In this document: piece after piece, positions 12,131 to 24,934 of the stretch
Position numbering within the stretch: position 1 is the first letter of the stretch
Layout of the letters: every line of letters begins with the position of its first letter
DNA from: Octopus vulgaris
Taxonomy: Eukaryota
Length of the DNA stretch: 64,000 bases
Direction: 5' to 3'
NCBI GenBank assembly: GCA_951406725.2
Contig: OX597826.1
Span: 69,626,001-69,690,000 of the forward strand
The notes under the pieces: generated by a model
The model's database searches: none
What the model saw: only the letters and a program-made list of their open reading frames with translations
Told to the model about the DNA's origin: nothing
Program-made: the position numbers and the translations under genes

Positions 12131-12968
12131 ACTCTTTTCTCTTTTACTCTTTTACTTGTTTCAGTCATTGACTGCGGCCATGCTGGAGCACCGCCTTTAG
12201 TCGAGCAAATCAACCCCGGGACTTATTCTTTGTAAGCCCAGTACTTATTCTATCGGTCTCTTTTGCCGAACCGCTAAGTGACGGGGACGTAAACACACCA
12301 GCATCGGTTGTCAAGCAATGCTAGAGGGACAAACACAGACACGCAAACATATACACACACATACATACATATATATATACATCTATACGACAGGTTTCTT
12401 TCAGTTTCCGTCTACCAAATCCACTCACAAGGCATTGGTCGGCCCGAGGCTATAGCAGAAGACACTTGCCCAAGATGCCACGCAGTGGGACTGAACCCAG
12501 AACCATGTGGTTGGTAGGCAAGCTACTTACCACACAGCCACATATATTGATATATATATTTTTTCTTTTTTCTTTTACTTGTTTCATTGATTTGACTGCG
12601 GCCATGCTGGAGCACAGCCTTTGGTCAAACAAATGGACCACAGGACTTATCCTTTGTAAGCCAAGTACTGATTCCATCGGTCTCTTTTGTCGAACCGCTA
12701 CGCTACAGGGACGTAAATACACCAACATCGGTTGTCATGCGATGGTACAGGGACAAACGCAGGCACACAAATACATACATACATACATACATACATACAT
12801 ACATACGATGGGATTCTTTCAGTTTCTGTCTACCAAATCCATTCGCAAGGCTTTGGTCCGCCCAAGGCTATAATAGAAGACACTCGCCCAAGGTACCACG
12901 CAGTGGGACTGAACACGTACCCATGTGGTTGGTAGCAAGCTTCTTACCACACAGCCACTCCTGAGCCT
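12131..12968 (-). mobile_element. Two adjacent SINE family A copies (~12131-12540 and ~12565-12968)
   Basis: Each has the cttttactt tail, gactgcggccatgctggagc, ctttcagtttc.gtctaccaaatcc and an accacacagcca head. Confidence 0.85.
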
Positions 12969-13054
12969 ATATAACAATATACAAAGACTAAATAAATATA
13001 TATGCATAGATATACATGGAAAAGTGTGTATGTGAGTGCGTGCGTGTGTGTGTT

Positions 13055-13089
<35 letters not shown>

Positions 13090-13289
13090 GTGCGCGTGTG
13101 TGTGTGTGTGTGTGTAGACTTATTACTAATTCCAATATGCTTCACACATATCCGAACTTGCATATTCGTAATTTCCGATAATTAAAACGTCGGAATCGGA
13201 AAAAATATTTTCAAAGAAAAGCATTTTTTAAGGAGAGATGCGAATCAGCATTAGCCCCTGTATTATAATATACATATATATATGGATGT

Positions 13290-13373
<84 letters not shown>

Positions 13374-14214
13374 TGTGTTTTATATTCTGCTGATATCTAC
13401 TTATGCAATATTTCTTCACAATCATATCAGTATTGTATTTTATATTCCTACTCGCGCGTGCGCAACCAAAACACTGATGTGCGTGTATGTGTGTGTGTGT
13501 GTTTGTGTGTGTATGCGCGTGTACATGTGTGTCTGTGTTAAATAGAATGAGAGAACAAAGCCAAGGCTGAGTGGAGAAATTTATCTTACAGCTGTTTCTG
13601 TGATACTTGGGATATCTCTTCATCAGGGGCTACATGAGAGTACAACACAGCATTCCGTTACCAGCGCCAATTATCAGCATCACATCCGCAAGCACATCTG
13701 CCTCCACCCCAGGAACCACCTTCCCCATCACCACCTAGAAAACCATCATATATATTTATATGTGTATGTAATATCGATATCATTACATTTTCTTTTCTCT
13801 GTATATAAATTACTGGTCACAAAGTGCTTAATATTTTAACAGCATTGCAACGCAGACAATAGAGGTTTTGAATTATATGTGTAGACATAAATATACTGAA
13901 GGAGTATCGCAATGGATATCGGAAGATATTCAGTTAAGTATGCATACTTAAATACCTACACACACACATTCACATATATATATATATACGTGTATGTGTG
14001 TGTGTGGGTGTGTGTGTGTGTGTATAAGTGCGTTCACATAAGTACGTATGTGCGTGTGTGTGTGTGTATGTGTGTGTATGTGGTCGCAGTCATATGTGTA
14101 AATAAATAAATATATATATGCGTGTGTGTGTGCGCGTGTGTGTGTGTATTTATGTATGTACATATGTATGTATGTATGTATGTATATTTAAACATATAAC
14201 CGCGACCACACACG

Positions 14215-14267
<53 letters not shown>

Positions 14268-14364
14268 GCACACACAGACATGAACACATGTGCATATGTA
14301 TGTACAGCTATATGTATGTGTGTGTGCGTTTCAGTATGGGAATCTGTGTGTGATCGTCAGTATA

Positions 14365-14420
<56 letters not shown>

Positions 14421-14784
14421 ATATATATATATATGTATGTATGTGTGTGTGCATGTATGTCCGTATGTGTGGATGAGTATTTCTGCTCGAGTGGTTGTAT
14501 GTGTGTGTGTAGGCATACCCGCGCGTCAGTGTGCGCGCATACGTGTATGTATGTTTGTGTGTATGTAGGCCTGTGTGTGCGTGTTCGTGTGTGTGTGTAT
14601 GTATGTATGTAAGCGTGTGTGTGTGTGCGTGTGTGTGTGCATAGGCATTCGATAATGCGAGGCTGTATTTATTGTATAAAAATCATGGAAAATATTTATG
14701 AATTCCTATTGTTTGCCTCGGCAGACAATGTTATTATGTTATTATTGTAAATATTGTTGTTGTTTCTTTTTTTAAGAACCAACG

Positions 14785-14854
14785 CAATCATCATCCTCCT
14801 CATCATCATCATCACCATCATCATTATCATCATCATTATCATCATCATCCTCAC

Positions 14855-14890
<36 letters not shown>

Positions 14891-14899
14891 TATCCTTAG

Positions 14900-14954
<55 letters not shown>

Positions 14955-15197
14955 GATATCAGTATTCCTATCATGAGCATCATCCCCGTCATCCTCATTG
15001 TCATCCTCATCGCCGTCTTCTTCATCACCATCATTATCGCTATCACTATCATCACCACCGCGACCACCACTACCATCATCATTATCATCATCAGCGCAGC
15101 CATTCATTACCACTACCACCTTCAGCACTACCATCATCATCATCAGCAGCAGCAGCAGCATCCTCGTCATCATCGTCACCCACCGTCGTCGTCGCCG

Positions 15198-15232
<35 letters not shown>

Positions 15233-15792
15233 GTCATCATCATTGTCATCATAATCACCGTCCTCATCATATTCATCATCATATTCATCATCATCATCAT
15301 CATCATCATTGTCATCATAATCACCGTCCTCATCAGCATCATCATCATCATCATCATTACAAGCAACAGCAGCTGCGGCTATATTATCTCTACAATTACC
15401 AATTCCACCGTTACCATTATAAAACATTATCATTATCATCGTCGTCGTAGTTATCGACGTCAACGTCAACATCATCATCACCATCAATGTCATCATTGTC
15501 ATTATCATTATCATCATCGTCGTCGTCATCATCATCATTATCGTCATCATCACCATCATCATTGTCATCTTCAACACAGCATTCCGTTACCAGCACCGCT
15601 TTAAGCATCACATCCACCTCCACCACCACCACAGCACCGCCTCTACCACCAGCACCTTCGTCATCATCATCTAGACAATCATCATCATAATTATCAACAG
15701 CAGCAGTATTACCATCTCCGCCATCATCACCACCATCATCACGACGACCACCACCATCACTACCTTCATCACCACCATCATCATCATCATAT
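14785..15792. repeat. (ATC)n compound trinucleotide tract
   Basis: Direct inspection; source of the poly-D/M/H/S ORFs. Confidence 0.92.
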
Positions 15793-15815
15793 TATTCCAG
15801 GCTGTCCACGAAAGA

Positions 15816-16100
15816 GTGGAGACGCAATGGCCCAGTGGTTAGGGCAGCGGATTCGCGGTTGGAGGATCGCGGTTTCGATTCCCAGATCGGGCGTTGAGTG
15901 TGTGTTTATTGAGCGAAAACACCTAAAAGCCCCACGAAGCTTCGGCAGGAGGTGGTGGCGACCCCTGTTGTACTCTTTCGACACAACTTTCTCTCCCTCT
16001 CTCTTCCTGTTTCTTGAGTAACGCTGTGGGGGGAATGCACACGCCTCAGAAACTGGGAAACTGGGCCCATGAGCCTGGCTCGGCTTGAAAAGGACGACGT
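15816..16100 (+). mobile_element. SINE family C head with an alternative tail
   Basis: gtggagacgcaatggcccagtggttagggcagcgg...ggtttcgattcccaga; tail gaaactgggaaactgggcccatgagcc...gaaaagg. Confidence 0.8.
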
Positions 16101-16284
16101 TTATCATTTTATCCACCTAAGACAATTAGTACAGGCCGGATGCTAGAACATCCCTCTCTATCTCTCTCTATCTCTCTCTCTTTCTCTCTCTGCAGCAATC
16201 ACATTCTGGACTGCTCCATTAGATTAAGGTCGAGAGTGCCAAGAAAATATTTATGCCTGCTTGCGACCACATTAACACCTAAAG

Positions 16285-16485
16285 TAGTGGTTTTCAACCA
16301 GGGTTCCGCCAGTACAGTCTAGGGGTTCCGCAAGAAGTTACAAAACTGCTAAAATCGGCAGTAATTTTTCATTCTCCTGTGCAGATATGTGTGCATAAGA
16401 CTATTAAATTATTGCACAGGGGTTCCTCGAGCCAGTGGAATGTTTCCTTGGGGTTCCGCTCCAGCAAAAAGTTTGAAAAGCACTG
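16285..16485. mobile_element. hAT (Charlie-like) MITE with perfect 8-bp TSD
   Basis: TIRs tagtggttttcaacc / gtttgaaaagcactg; TSD acctaaag at 16277-16284 and 16486-16493; internal gggttcc motifs. Confidence 0.88.
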
Positions 16486-16884
16486 ACCTAAAGCAATCAG
16501 CGAAAGTACAGTACATATTAATATGACTCACTCGTTTGCGAGTGACGACTACGTTTTATGATAAACATAGCATTTATATATTCTCTTCCAAGCTGTGTTC
16601 TATAGAAATCAAAGACTTATATTAAAAGCAGATTTGTTATTTGCATTCATATTTTGATATATTAGGTATGCAGCTACGTGCTTTGCATTCATGAGGGAAA
16701 TGTCAATGATATGCACGTTGGTATGTAGTGCTATTTCAGTATGTTGTGTACTTTGTAATGCCTTGTAATGTTCTGTATGTGTAGGTCTTGCGGGGCACCT
16801 TGCCTAATACAAGTGTGCAGTACCTAGGATTACTATTATCTCTATAACGTGTATACATTTTACGGAATAACATATTTTTTTCTC

Positions 16885-17710
16885 GAGCATTCTGTTGGTT
16901 ACGATGACGTGAGTCCCAGTTGATCCGATCAACGGATCAGCCTGCTCGTGAAATTGTTGTTTGTTCCTTCTCGAGCCATGCCTGGTTCATCAGGGCCGGT
17001 TTTCCGGTTTCATTGGCGTATAGGTTCCCCACCTGGACGGGACGCCGGTCCGTCGCAGGTGAGCTGCAGAAGGAAAGAGTGAGAGAAAGTTGTAGCCAAA
17101 GGGTCAGCAGAGGTTCGCCATTACCTTCTACCGGAGCCGCGTGGAGCTTAGGTGTTTCGCTCATAAACACACGCATCGCCCGGTCTGAGATTCGAACCTG
17201 CGATCCCTCGACCGCGAGTCCGCTGCTCTAACCACTGGGCCAGGTGCCTCCACCTTCGTGAAATTAACATGCAAGTGCCCTTAAGGTACTTCTCGGAAGA
17301 GACTCGGTGTGACACAGAGTGTGACATGGCTGACCCCTTGAATTACAGGTAAAACTCATTTTTGCCAGCTGAGTGGACTGGAGCAATGTGAAATAAAGTG
17401 TTTTCCTCAAGGACACAACGCACTGCGAGGAATTGAACTCACGACCTACGATCGTAAACCTATTTCTTTACTACCCACAAGGGGCTAAACACAGAGAGGA
17501 CAAACAAGGACAGACAAACGGACTAAGTCGATTATATCGACCCCAGTGCGTAAGTGGTACTTATTTAATCAACCCTGAAAGGATGAAAGGCAAAGTCGAC
17601 CTCGGCGGAATTTGAACTCAGAACGTAGCGGCAGACGAAATGCCACTAAGCATTTCGCCCAGTGTGCTAACGTTTCTGCTAAACCCTAACCAATAAACCA
17701 TGCGCTTTCA
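16885..17710 (-). mobile_element. Nested SINE cluster: outer SINE interrupted by a family C copy (16956-17254) and a family B copy (17460-17680)
   Basis: TSD tcgtgaaatt at 16946-16955 and 17256-17265. The outer element continues on both sides of each insert. Confidence 0.75.
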
Positions 17711-19268
17711 CGGATTAACATGCATGCGTGTGCTATATCATATATAACATGTAAATCATGTGATACACGCGTACAGTGTCTAGAAGTGCGATTTTCTACA
17801 TGTTGTGTATAGCTATGAATTCTAGTGGTTAGAGTGATAGACTTACGAGCATAAATTCATGCGTTCGATTCCTAGACCCAGCGATGCGTCCTGTCCTTAA
17901 GCAAGTCACTTTATTGCACGTTGCTCCAGTCTTCTCGGCAGAAACTAATTACCAACCGACTGTTGGGGCAGTCAGCCTCATCCCCACCTGTAGCTGTTGC
18001 TCTGCTAATTAATAGTAGTTGGTATTAAAGTGGAGGCGCGTGGCTTAGTGGTTAGGTGTGTTGAGATCATGATCGTAAGATTGTGGTTCCGATCCCTTGG
18101 CCGTGCACTCAACTAGTAACATAAGTAATCCTCCGGTGGACTAGCGTCCCGTCCGCGAATTCTTTTTTTTCCACGAGAGCTCCGGACCCCAGTTATGAAC
18201 AAGAAGTGTGCAAGAAAAAAGACAAGACAGAGTCAAGTGAGGAGACAACAAGCAAGGCGTATTAGTTTGTCGATTTGAGTAAATGTAAAGTCTTAGACGT
18301 TTCGAGCCGATGCTCTTCGACAGAAAGGAATGATAGAAGAAAACGGAGAGAAAGAGAAAAAACATACGGAGAGAGGAGGAAAACGAGTGTATATATATAT
18401 ATACTCTTTGAAGCATTACTCCCAATAATTAATTAAGTTATGCATGTATGCGCACAAGCATATACACGTGTACGAATTGAGGATTGCCCATGTACTTAAC
18501 ACGGCTTTTTTTTTGCTTAATACCAAACAAAGTTTCGCATTTTTTTCTCAATATAAAACGAAGAGCCGAAATATACAAAAAAAAGAAATGAATAAACAAA
18601 AAATACACCTAAAAAAATATCTATGACAGACAATAACATGTTTTGATATTTTGTAATATTTTGCTTTTACTACGCATTACACACACATTCTCTTTCGTAT
18701 ATATACACACGCAGAAGGAGTGAGAGAGATAAAACACGTACAAACACACTCAACAATTTTAGATATGATAACAGCCAAGAGAAGAAGCATATATATAGTT
18801 TCGTAGCAAATATATACACAGGCTTGTAATAATGTTATTAAACATGGTACAAGATGTAGTGCAAACATTTGTCTTACATTATACAATATCGCTATTGTAT
18901 TAATATATATCGTTGAGAAATGTAATTACGATCTTTCTATGGAGAACGGCAGAACATTACAAGTAATATAAAATGAAGTCCAAATAGAATTTTGTATTAC
19001 CAATGAATATATGAACATACGTGATTGCACATGCTTTCTGTGTAAACCAAAGTATCGAACTTTCCATCCATTCATCAATTTACCTTTCTATATATCTATC
19101 TATCCATCTATCTATCTATCTATCTATTTATCTATCTATCTATATATATATATATATCTACATATCTACCTTTATATCTATCTATCTATGTTTCGTACGA
19201 TATAGCTTTTTATCTATTCATCCATCTATCTATCTACGTCTATCTATCTTTAGATCAATATAACTTTA

Positions 19269-19345
<77 letters not shown>

Positions 19346-19428
19346 GTATGTCTGTCTGTCTATCTATCAATCTATCTATATCAAGGTATTTATCTATTTA
19401 TCTTTCGATCTGTAAAATTATCTATTTG

Positions 19429-20002
<574 letters not shown>

Positions 20003-20011
20003 AGGGAAAAG

Positions 20012-20487
20012 TCGATATCATTTGGCGAACCGCTGGGTTATTTTATCGAATTCGATTGGCGAACCGCTAGTTTATTTTATCGATCTCGATTGGCGAACCG
20101 CTAAGTTATTTTATCGATCTCATTTGGCGAACCGCTAAGTTACTTTATCGATATCATTTGGCGAACCGCTAAGTTATTTTATCGATCTCGATTGGTGAAC
20201 CACTAAGTTATTTTATCGATATCCTTTGGCGAACCGCTAAGTTATTTTATCGATCTCGATTGGTGAACCGCTAGGTTATTTTATATATATTCTTTGGCGA
20301 ACCGCTAAGTTGCTTTATCGATCACCTTTGGCGAACCGCTAATGTCATTTTATCGATATCAATTGGCTAACCGCTAAGTTATTTTATCGAACACCTTTGG
20401 CGAACCGCTAAGTTATTTTGTCGTTCACCATTGGCGAACCACTAAATTATTTTATCGATAACCTTTGACGAACCGCTAAGTTATTTA
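20012..20487. repeat. 34-bp minisatellite, ~14 copies
   Basis: Unit ttggcgaaccgctaagttattttatcgat(a/c)tc(at/ga). Confidence 0.92.
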
Positions 20488-20910
20488 ATCTTGTAGTAGA
20501 TTTATCACCATTCACGTAGGGACTAGCTGTGGTTTGAAATGATTCACTCGTGGCTAAAGGATTTTACATTTAGATGTAACTGGGGTACTTATGTGTACAC
20601 ATGTCTTTTGCTTCTGCTCTTTTCCATGGGTGCGTGTAAGTTTTTCATTTATTTCTTATCGTATTGTCTACTGAAGCGGGAAAAATCCACCGGATTAATC
20701 CCGAAATTGATTCAATCTAGAAATAACGAACTTTTTAAAAAGAATTCTGTTGGCTAGCTTCCCCGATTTCAACACGACGTGTATTTATAGTGAGTGTATA
20801 ATGATACGTGGAAATTGATGCTTTAAAGTCTGTTATCAGCATATTGGCATGGAAATGATTTTACCCTTGTTTATAAGTTGTTTATTATTTTAACTTTTAA
20901 ATGTATCTTA

Positions 20911-20969
20911 ATATGCTGCCACTTTTTGATGAAATTTTTTCTGAAAAAATTTCATCAAAAAGTGGCAGC

Positions 20970-20973
<4 letters not shown>
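20911..20973. repeat. Perfect inverted repeat, 31-bp arms, 1-nt spacer
   Basis: atatgctgccactttttgatgaaattttttc-t-gaaaaaatttcatcaaaaagtggcagcatat. Confidence 0.95.
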
Positions 20974-21046
<73 letters not shown>

Positions 21047-21084
21047 GATACACATATATATATATATATACATATATATACATA

Positions 21085-21139
<55 letters not shown>

Positions 21140-21699
21140 TATACATGATACATATATATACAAAACCACAGAATTTTATGATATAGCCCGTACCCTTTCA
21201 TATATTGAAGTTATTTAAGCCCATCTGGCCACATATATATTTCAGAGTGCTTTGATACTTACTACGATGATGATGATGATGATGATGAGCTCAATCGGCT
21301 CAACGACCTTCCAGCTATTAAGAGAGAAAGCCCCGTAATCTTTGTATAGACATCTCAACAGACGGAAATTCAGAAAGAATACTACCAGCACCGCCACCAC
21401 CGCCATCCCGCCTCGTTGCTAAGGTAGAGAATTGTTCGTATTTGTTTCTGGACTAATTTATTTTTAGTCGAGAAGCCTCAGCTGCGAAGTACAAGTTGTT
21501 ATTGACTTTATACTTCGACATGGGCTTTGCTGACAGCCATCGTCTTTAGCATCTAGCGTAAGATAAGATACTTTGTCAGTGATGATCCTACTTTTTTATA
21601 AGTTGGCAGCCATTTTGTATGTGCGTATGTACATATGTTCGCATTTGTTTATACATATTTGTGTATGTGTTTGCATGTATATGTATGTATATGGCTGTA

Positions 21700-22020
21700 G
21701 GTATGGATATGTGTATATATGTTTGTATATATATATATACGTATACGTATGCATATATGTATGCATGTATGGATATGTGTATATATGTATGTATATATAT
21801 GTATGTATACGTATGTATATATGTATGCATGTGTGGATATGTGTATATATGTACGTATATATATGTATGTATACGTATGCATATATGTATGCATGTATGG
21901 ATATGTGTATATATGTATGTATAAATATGTATGTATAGGTATGCATATATGTATGCATGTATGGATATGTGTATATATGTATGTATAAATATGCATGTAT
22001 AAGTATGCATATATGTATAC
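21700..22020. repeat. ~64-bp minisatellite made of TA/TG microsatellite, 5 copies
   Basis: ggatatgtgtatatatgt recurs at ~21705, 21771, 21835, 21899 and 21963. Confidence 0.8.
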
Positions 22021-22817
22021 ATATATGTTTATACAAATGTTTATACACAAATACACATACCCGTGCGACGTTTGATTGTAATAATGTACAACCGGACAAA
22101 AGTATAACTTATAAACAATATGAAAATAAATAACATTAAAAATACCAGAAATAATTCATATAAAAAAATAACATATAAATAATGTATAAATAAATAATGT
22201 TGACGTATTTTATACTTCTTAAAGCTAATTAGAATTGCAGGAATTCGTTAAAATTCCATGCCCAGCAAGCCTTCTTCCAATAGCATTTCAATGAAGAAAG
22301 CTCATTTTAAACTTCCTTAATGACCTTTCCCGTTACATGTGATCGTGTGTCGCATACTTCCGATAAATCAGCATGACATTATCACACACGTTGATAAAAA
22401 TTCAAACTGATGGGATTTGTTCTCGTGGTATCATTTCGATGCAATTTCCGTTTATGTTTTGCAATGTAGAGAAATCTTTAATCAAGTTATTAAGATATAT
22501 TATTTTTTTTCTTTCGCAGCATTTGTTCTGTTTTGTTCTCTGTATATATGATGAGGTGTAATGTGTACACACATGCGCATTCACGCATACATAATTTTTA
22601 TGAGTGTGTGTATGTATGTATATGTGTATGTATGTATGTGTGTGTGTATATGTACGAAAATAAACATGATTAAAAGTGAGATCTTTCTCCAACGCTGTTC
22701 ACGCAATTCGTTTCTGCCTTCTGTTACAACTAAGGCTTTATTCTTAAAATATTAGTCGAGGTCAGAATTATGTAACACAAATTTCCGAATTGCGATAGAG
22801 TTAATGGCCAGTTATTT

Positions 22818-22894
<77 letters not shown>

Positions 22895-22947
22895 CATCCT
22901 CATCATCATTATTATTATTATCATTATTATTATTATTATTATTATTA

Positions 22948-23893
22948 CTTTTTTTTTCTTCTTTCAAATTTGCTTCCATTTCTTGCCGAGTGTCTTCCCG
23001 ACTCCTAGGTCAAAGAAACTCATAGTATACATTGGTAGGCCATTAAACCAAACTCAGTAGTTCGTTTATTTATTTTTTTTTTAAGTTAAATTAAAATACA
23101 TGAGCAGCAACAGTTCTCACATCGACAATGCTCTTCTCAATACGTGTGATGTACCAGTTAACACAATTTTTTGCACTTCTTGCAGGGATGGTAAGCCAGG
23201 GATCATTCTCATATAATTTTCGGTTCCCTTCTTGATCATTCCTAGTGCTCCTACGATCACTGGTATTGTAACCGCCTTGAGATGCCACATTTTCTCAATT
23301 TCAATGAGTAGGTATTTATATTTTCTGAGCTTGTCAAACTCTTTCGCTGAGATATTATGATCACAGGGGATGCTCATGTCGATCAATAAGCAAACTTTAT
23401 TGTTTTGGTCTTTCACAACAATATCTGGTTTATTGGCATTGATGGTTCGGTCTGTATGTACTGGAAAGTCCCACAGAATGGTTACATTTTCTCCTTCAGT
23501 TACAGCCTCAGGGTGGTGATTATACCACTTGTCGGCAGTTTTGATATTGTAATGCCGACTTATTAGCCAGTGTAGATATTGGCCAACTCTGTCATGTCTT
23601 AATTTATACTCCACTGGTGCTAAGACTTTACATCCAGAGATTAGGTGGTCCACTGTTTCAATCATGTCGTTGCAGAATCGGCATTTTGGGTCTGCTCCAT
23701 TTTTCATCACATTGGCCTGGTAGTTCCGGGTTAATAGGCTTTGATCTTGAGCAGCCAGGATGAAACCTTCGCTCTCTGCTTTTAGCCCTGAGCTCCGTAG
23801 CCACTGATGGGTTTGCTTCTGGTCAACATCAGCTTGTTTGCTGCGGGTCACATATTTGCCGTGCAGAGGTTTCTCCTCCCACCTATCAGCCAA
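22948..23893 (-). mobile_element. R4/Dong-like non-LTR retrotransposon 3' fragment (zinc knuckle + restriction-like endonuclease), subfamily 1
   Basis: ORF 23117..23893: KPLHGKY...AAQDQ...CRFC...ETVDHLISGC...RHD...KPDIVV...LIDMSIP...K..KY. Flanked on both sides by (TAA)n, the known Dong target. Confidence 0.9.
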
Positions 23894-23905
23894 TTTTATT
23901 ATTAA

Positions 23906-23941
<36 letters not shown>

Positions 23942-23945
<4 letters not shown>

Positions 23946-24934
23946 TAGTTTTATTTTTATAGCGTGCTTTCACTTCACTACCGAACGCAGCTCTGTGTGC
24001 CTTGGGTATGTGCTGTGATTTGTTGTGACGCTCTGATGGTTATTGTATGGAAAGTGTTCTGCGTAGGATGTGTGCAGTGCCTAGTAGTGCAATTTTCTGT
24101 ATCTTATATGTGTTTGTAAGTCCTGGTGTTTTTGTTATGTATTTGTCTGAATATTTTTTTATCATGCCTAATGCACCTACTATGATAGGAATTGTTTGTT
24201 TTCAGATTCCACATTCTAGTTACCTCTATTTCCAGGTCTTTGTATTTTGAGAGTTTCTCCATTTCTTTTAGAGACACGTTGTCATCAGCCGGTATTGATA
24301 CATCAATTAGAAAGCATTTTTTTCTTCATGGTCTCTGACAACTATATCTGGTCTGTTGGCCTTAATTTCTCTATCTGTGTGTATCGGCATATCCCAGAGT
24401 ATGGTTGCTTTCTCGTTTTCTGTGACCTTTTCTGGTGTGTGCCTATACCATCTTTTTTCTGTTGTTATTCCATAATGTTGGCATAGCTTCCAATGTATGT
24501 AGGTTCCAACTCTGTCATGTCTGTGAATATATTCCTTCTTAGCCAGGACTGGGCAGCTAGAGATAATATGATTTATTGTTTCTTGTCCATCTCCACATAT
24601 TCTGCAGTTACTTGTAATATTTCTTTTCATTACATGTTTTTGGTAATTTCTGGTGGGGATGCTTTGGTCTTGTGCTGCAATTAAAAATCCCTCTGTTTCT
24701 GCTTTGAGTCCTGAGCTTCTCAACCATTGCTGGGATTTTTCTTTGTCTATTTCTTTTGCGTTTAGTTTAGTCCAGTATTTCCCATGAAGGGGCTTTTCTT
24801 GCCATCGTTTTATCATGGTTCGTTGCTGTTCTATTTTTACCTTGGATTTCATTTGTTTTATAGCTTTTGTTGTTTCTTCATCTTCTTCTTCTTATGTTTA
24901 TTAGGTGGTATGATTTCTTGTTTGTATTTGTCAG
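23942..24934 (-). mobile_element. R4/Dong-like LINE 3' fragment, subfamily 2, copy a
   Basis: WQEKPLHGKYW...CRIC...ETINHIISSC...RHD...RPDIVVRD; frameshifted; (TAA)n at its 3' end. Confidence 0.9.

Noticed and set aside
13643-13710. ~50-bp segment also present at ~15571 (caacacagcattccgttaccagc)
   Set aside because: Most simply an old local duplication within low-complexity DNA; no functional signal.
20012-20487. CRISPR array next to a reverse transcriptase
   Set aside because: It is a pure tandem repeat with no unique spacers, and the RT is a dead L1/Tx1 fragment.
21246-21349. Possible exon after tttcag (CFDTYYDDDD...LPAIKRESPVIFV*)
   Set aside because: Short, contains a (GAT)n repeat, and has no recognisable homology or partner exons.
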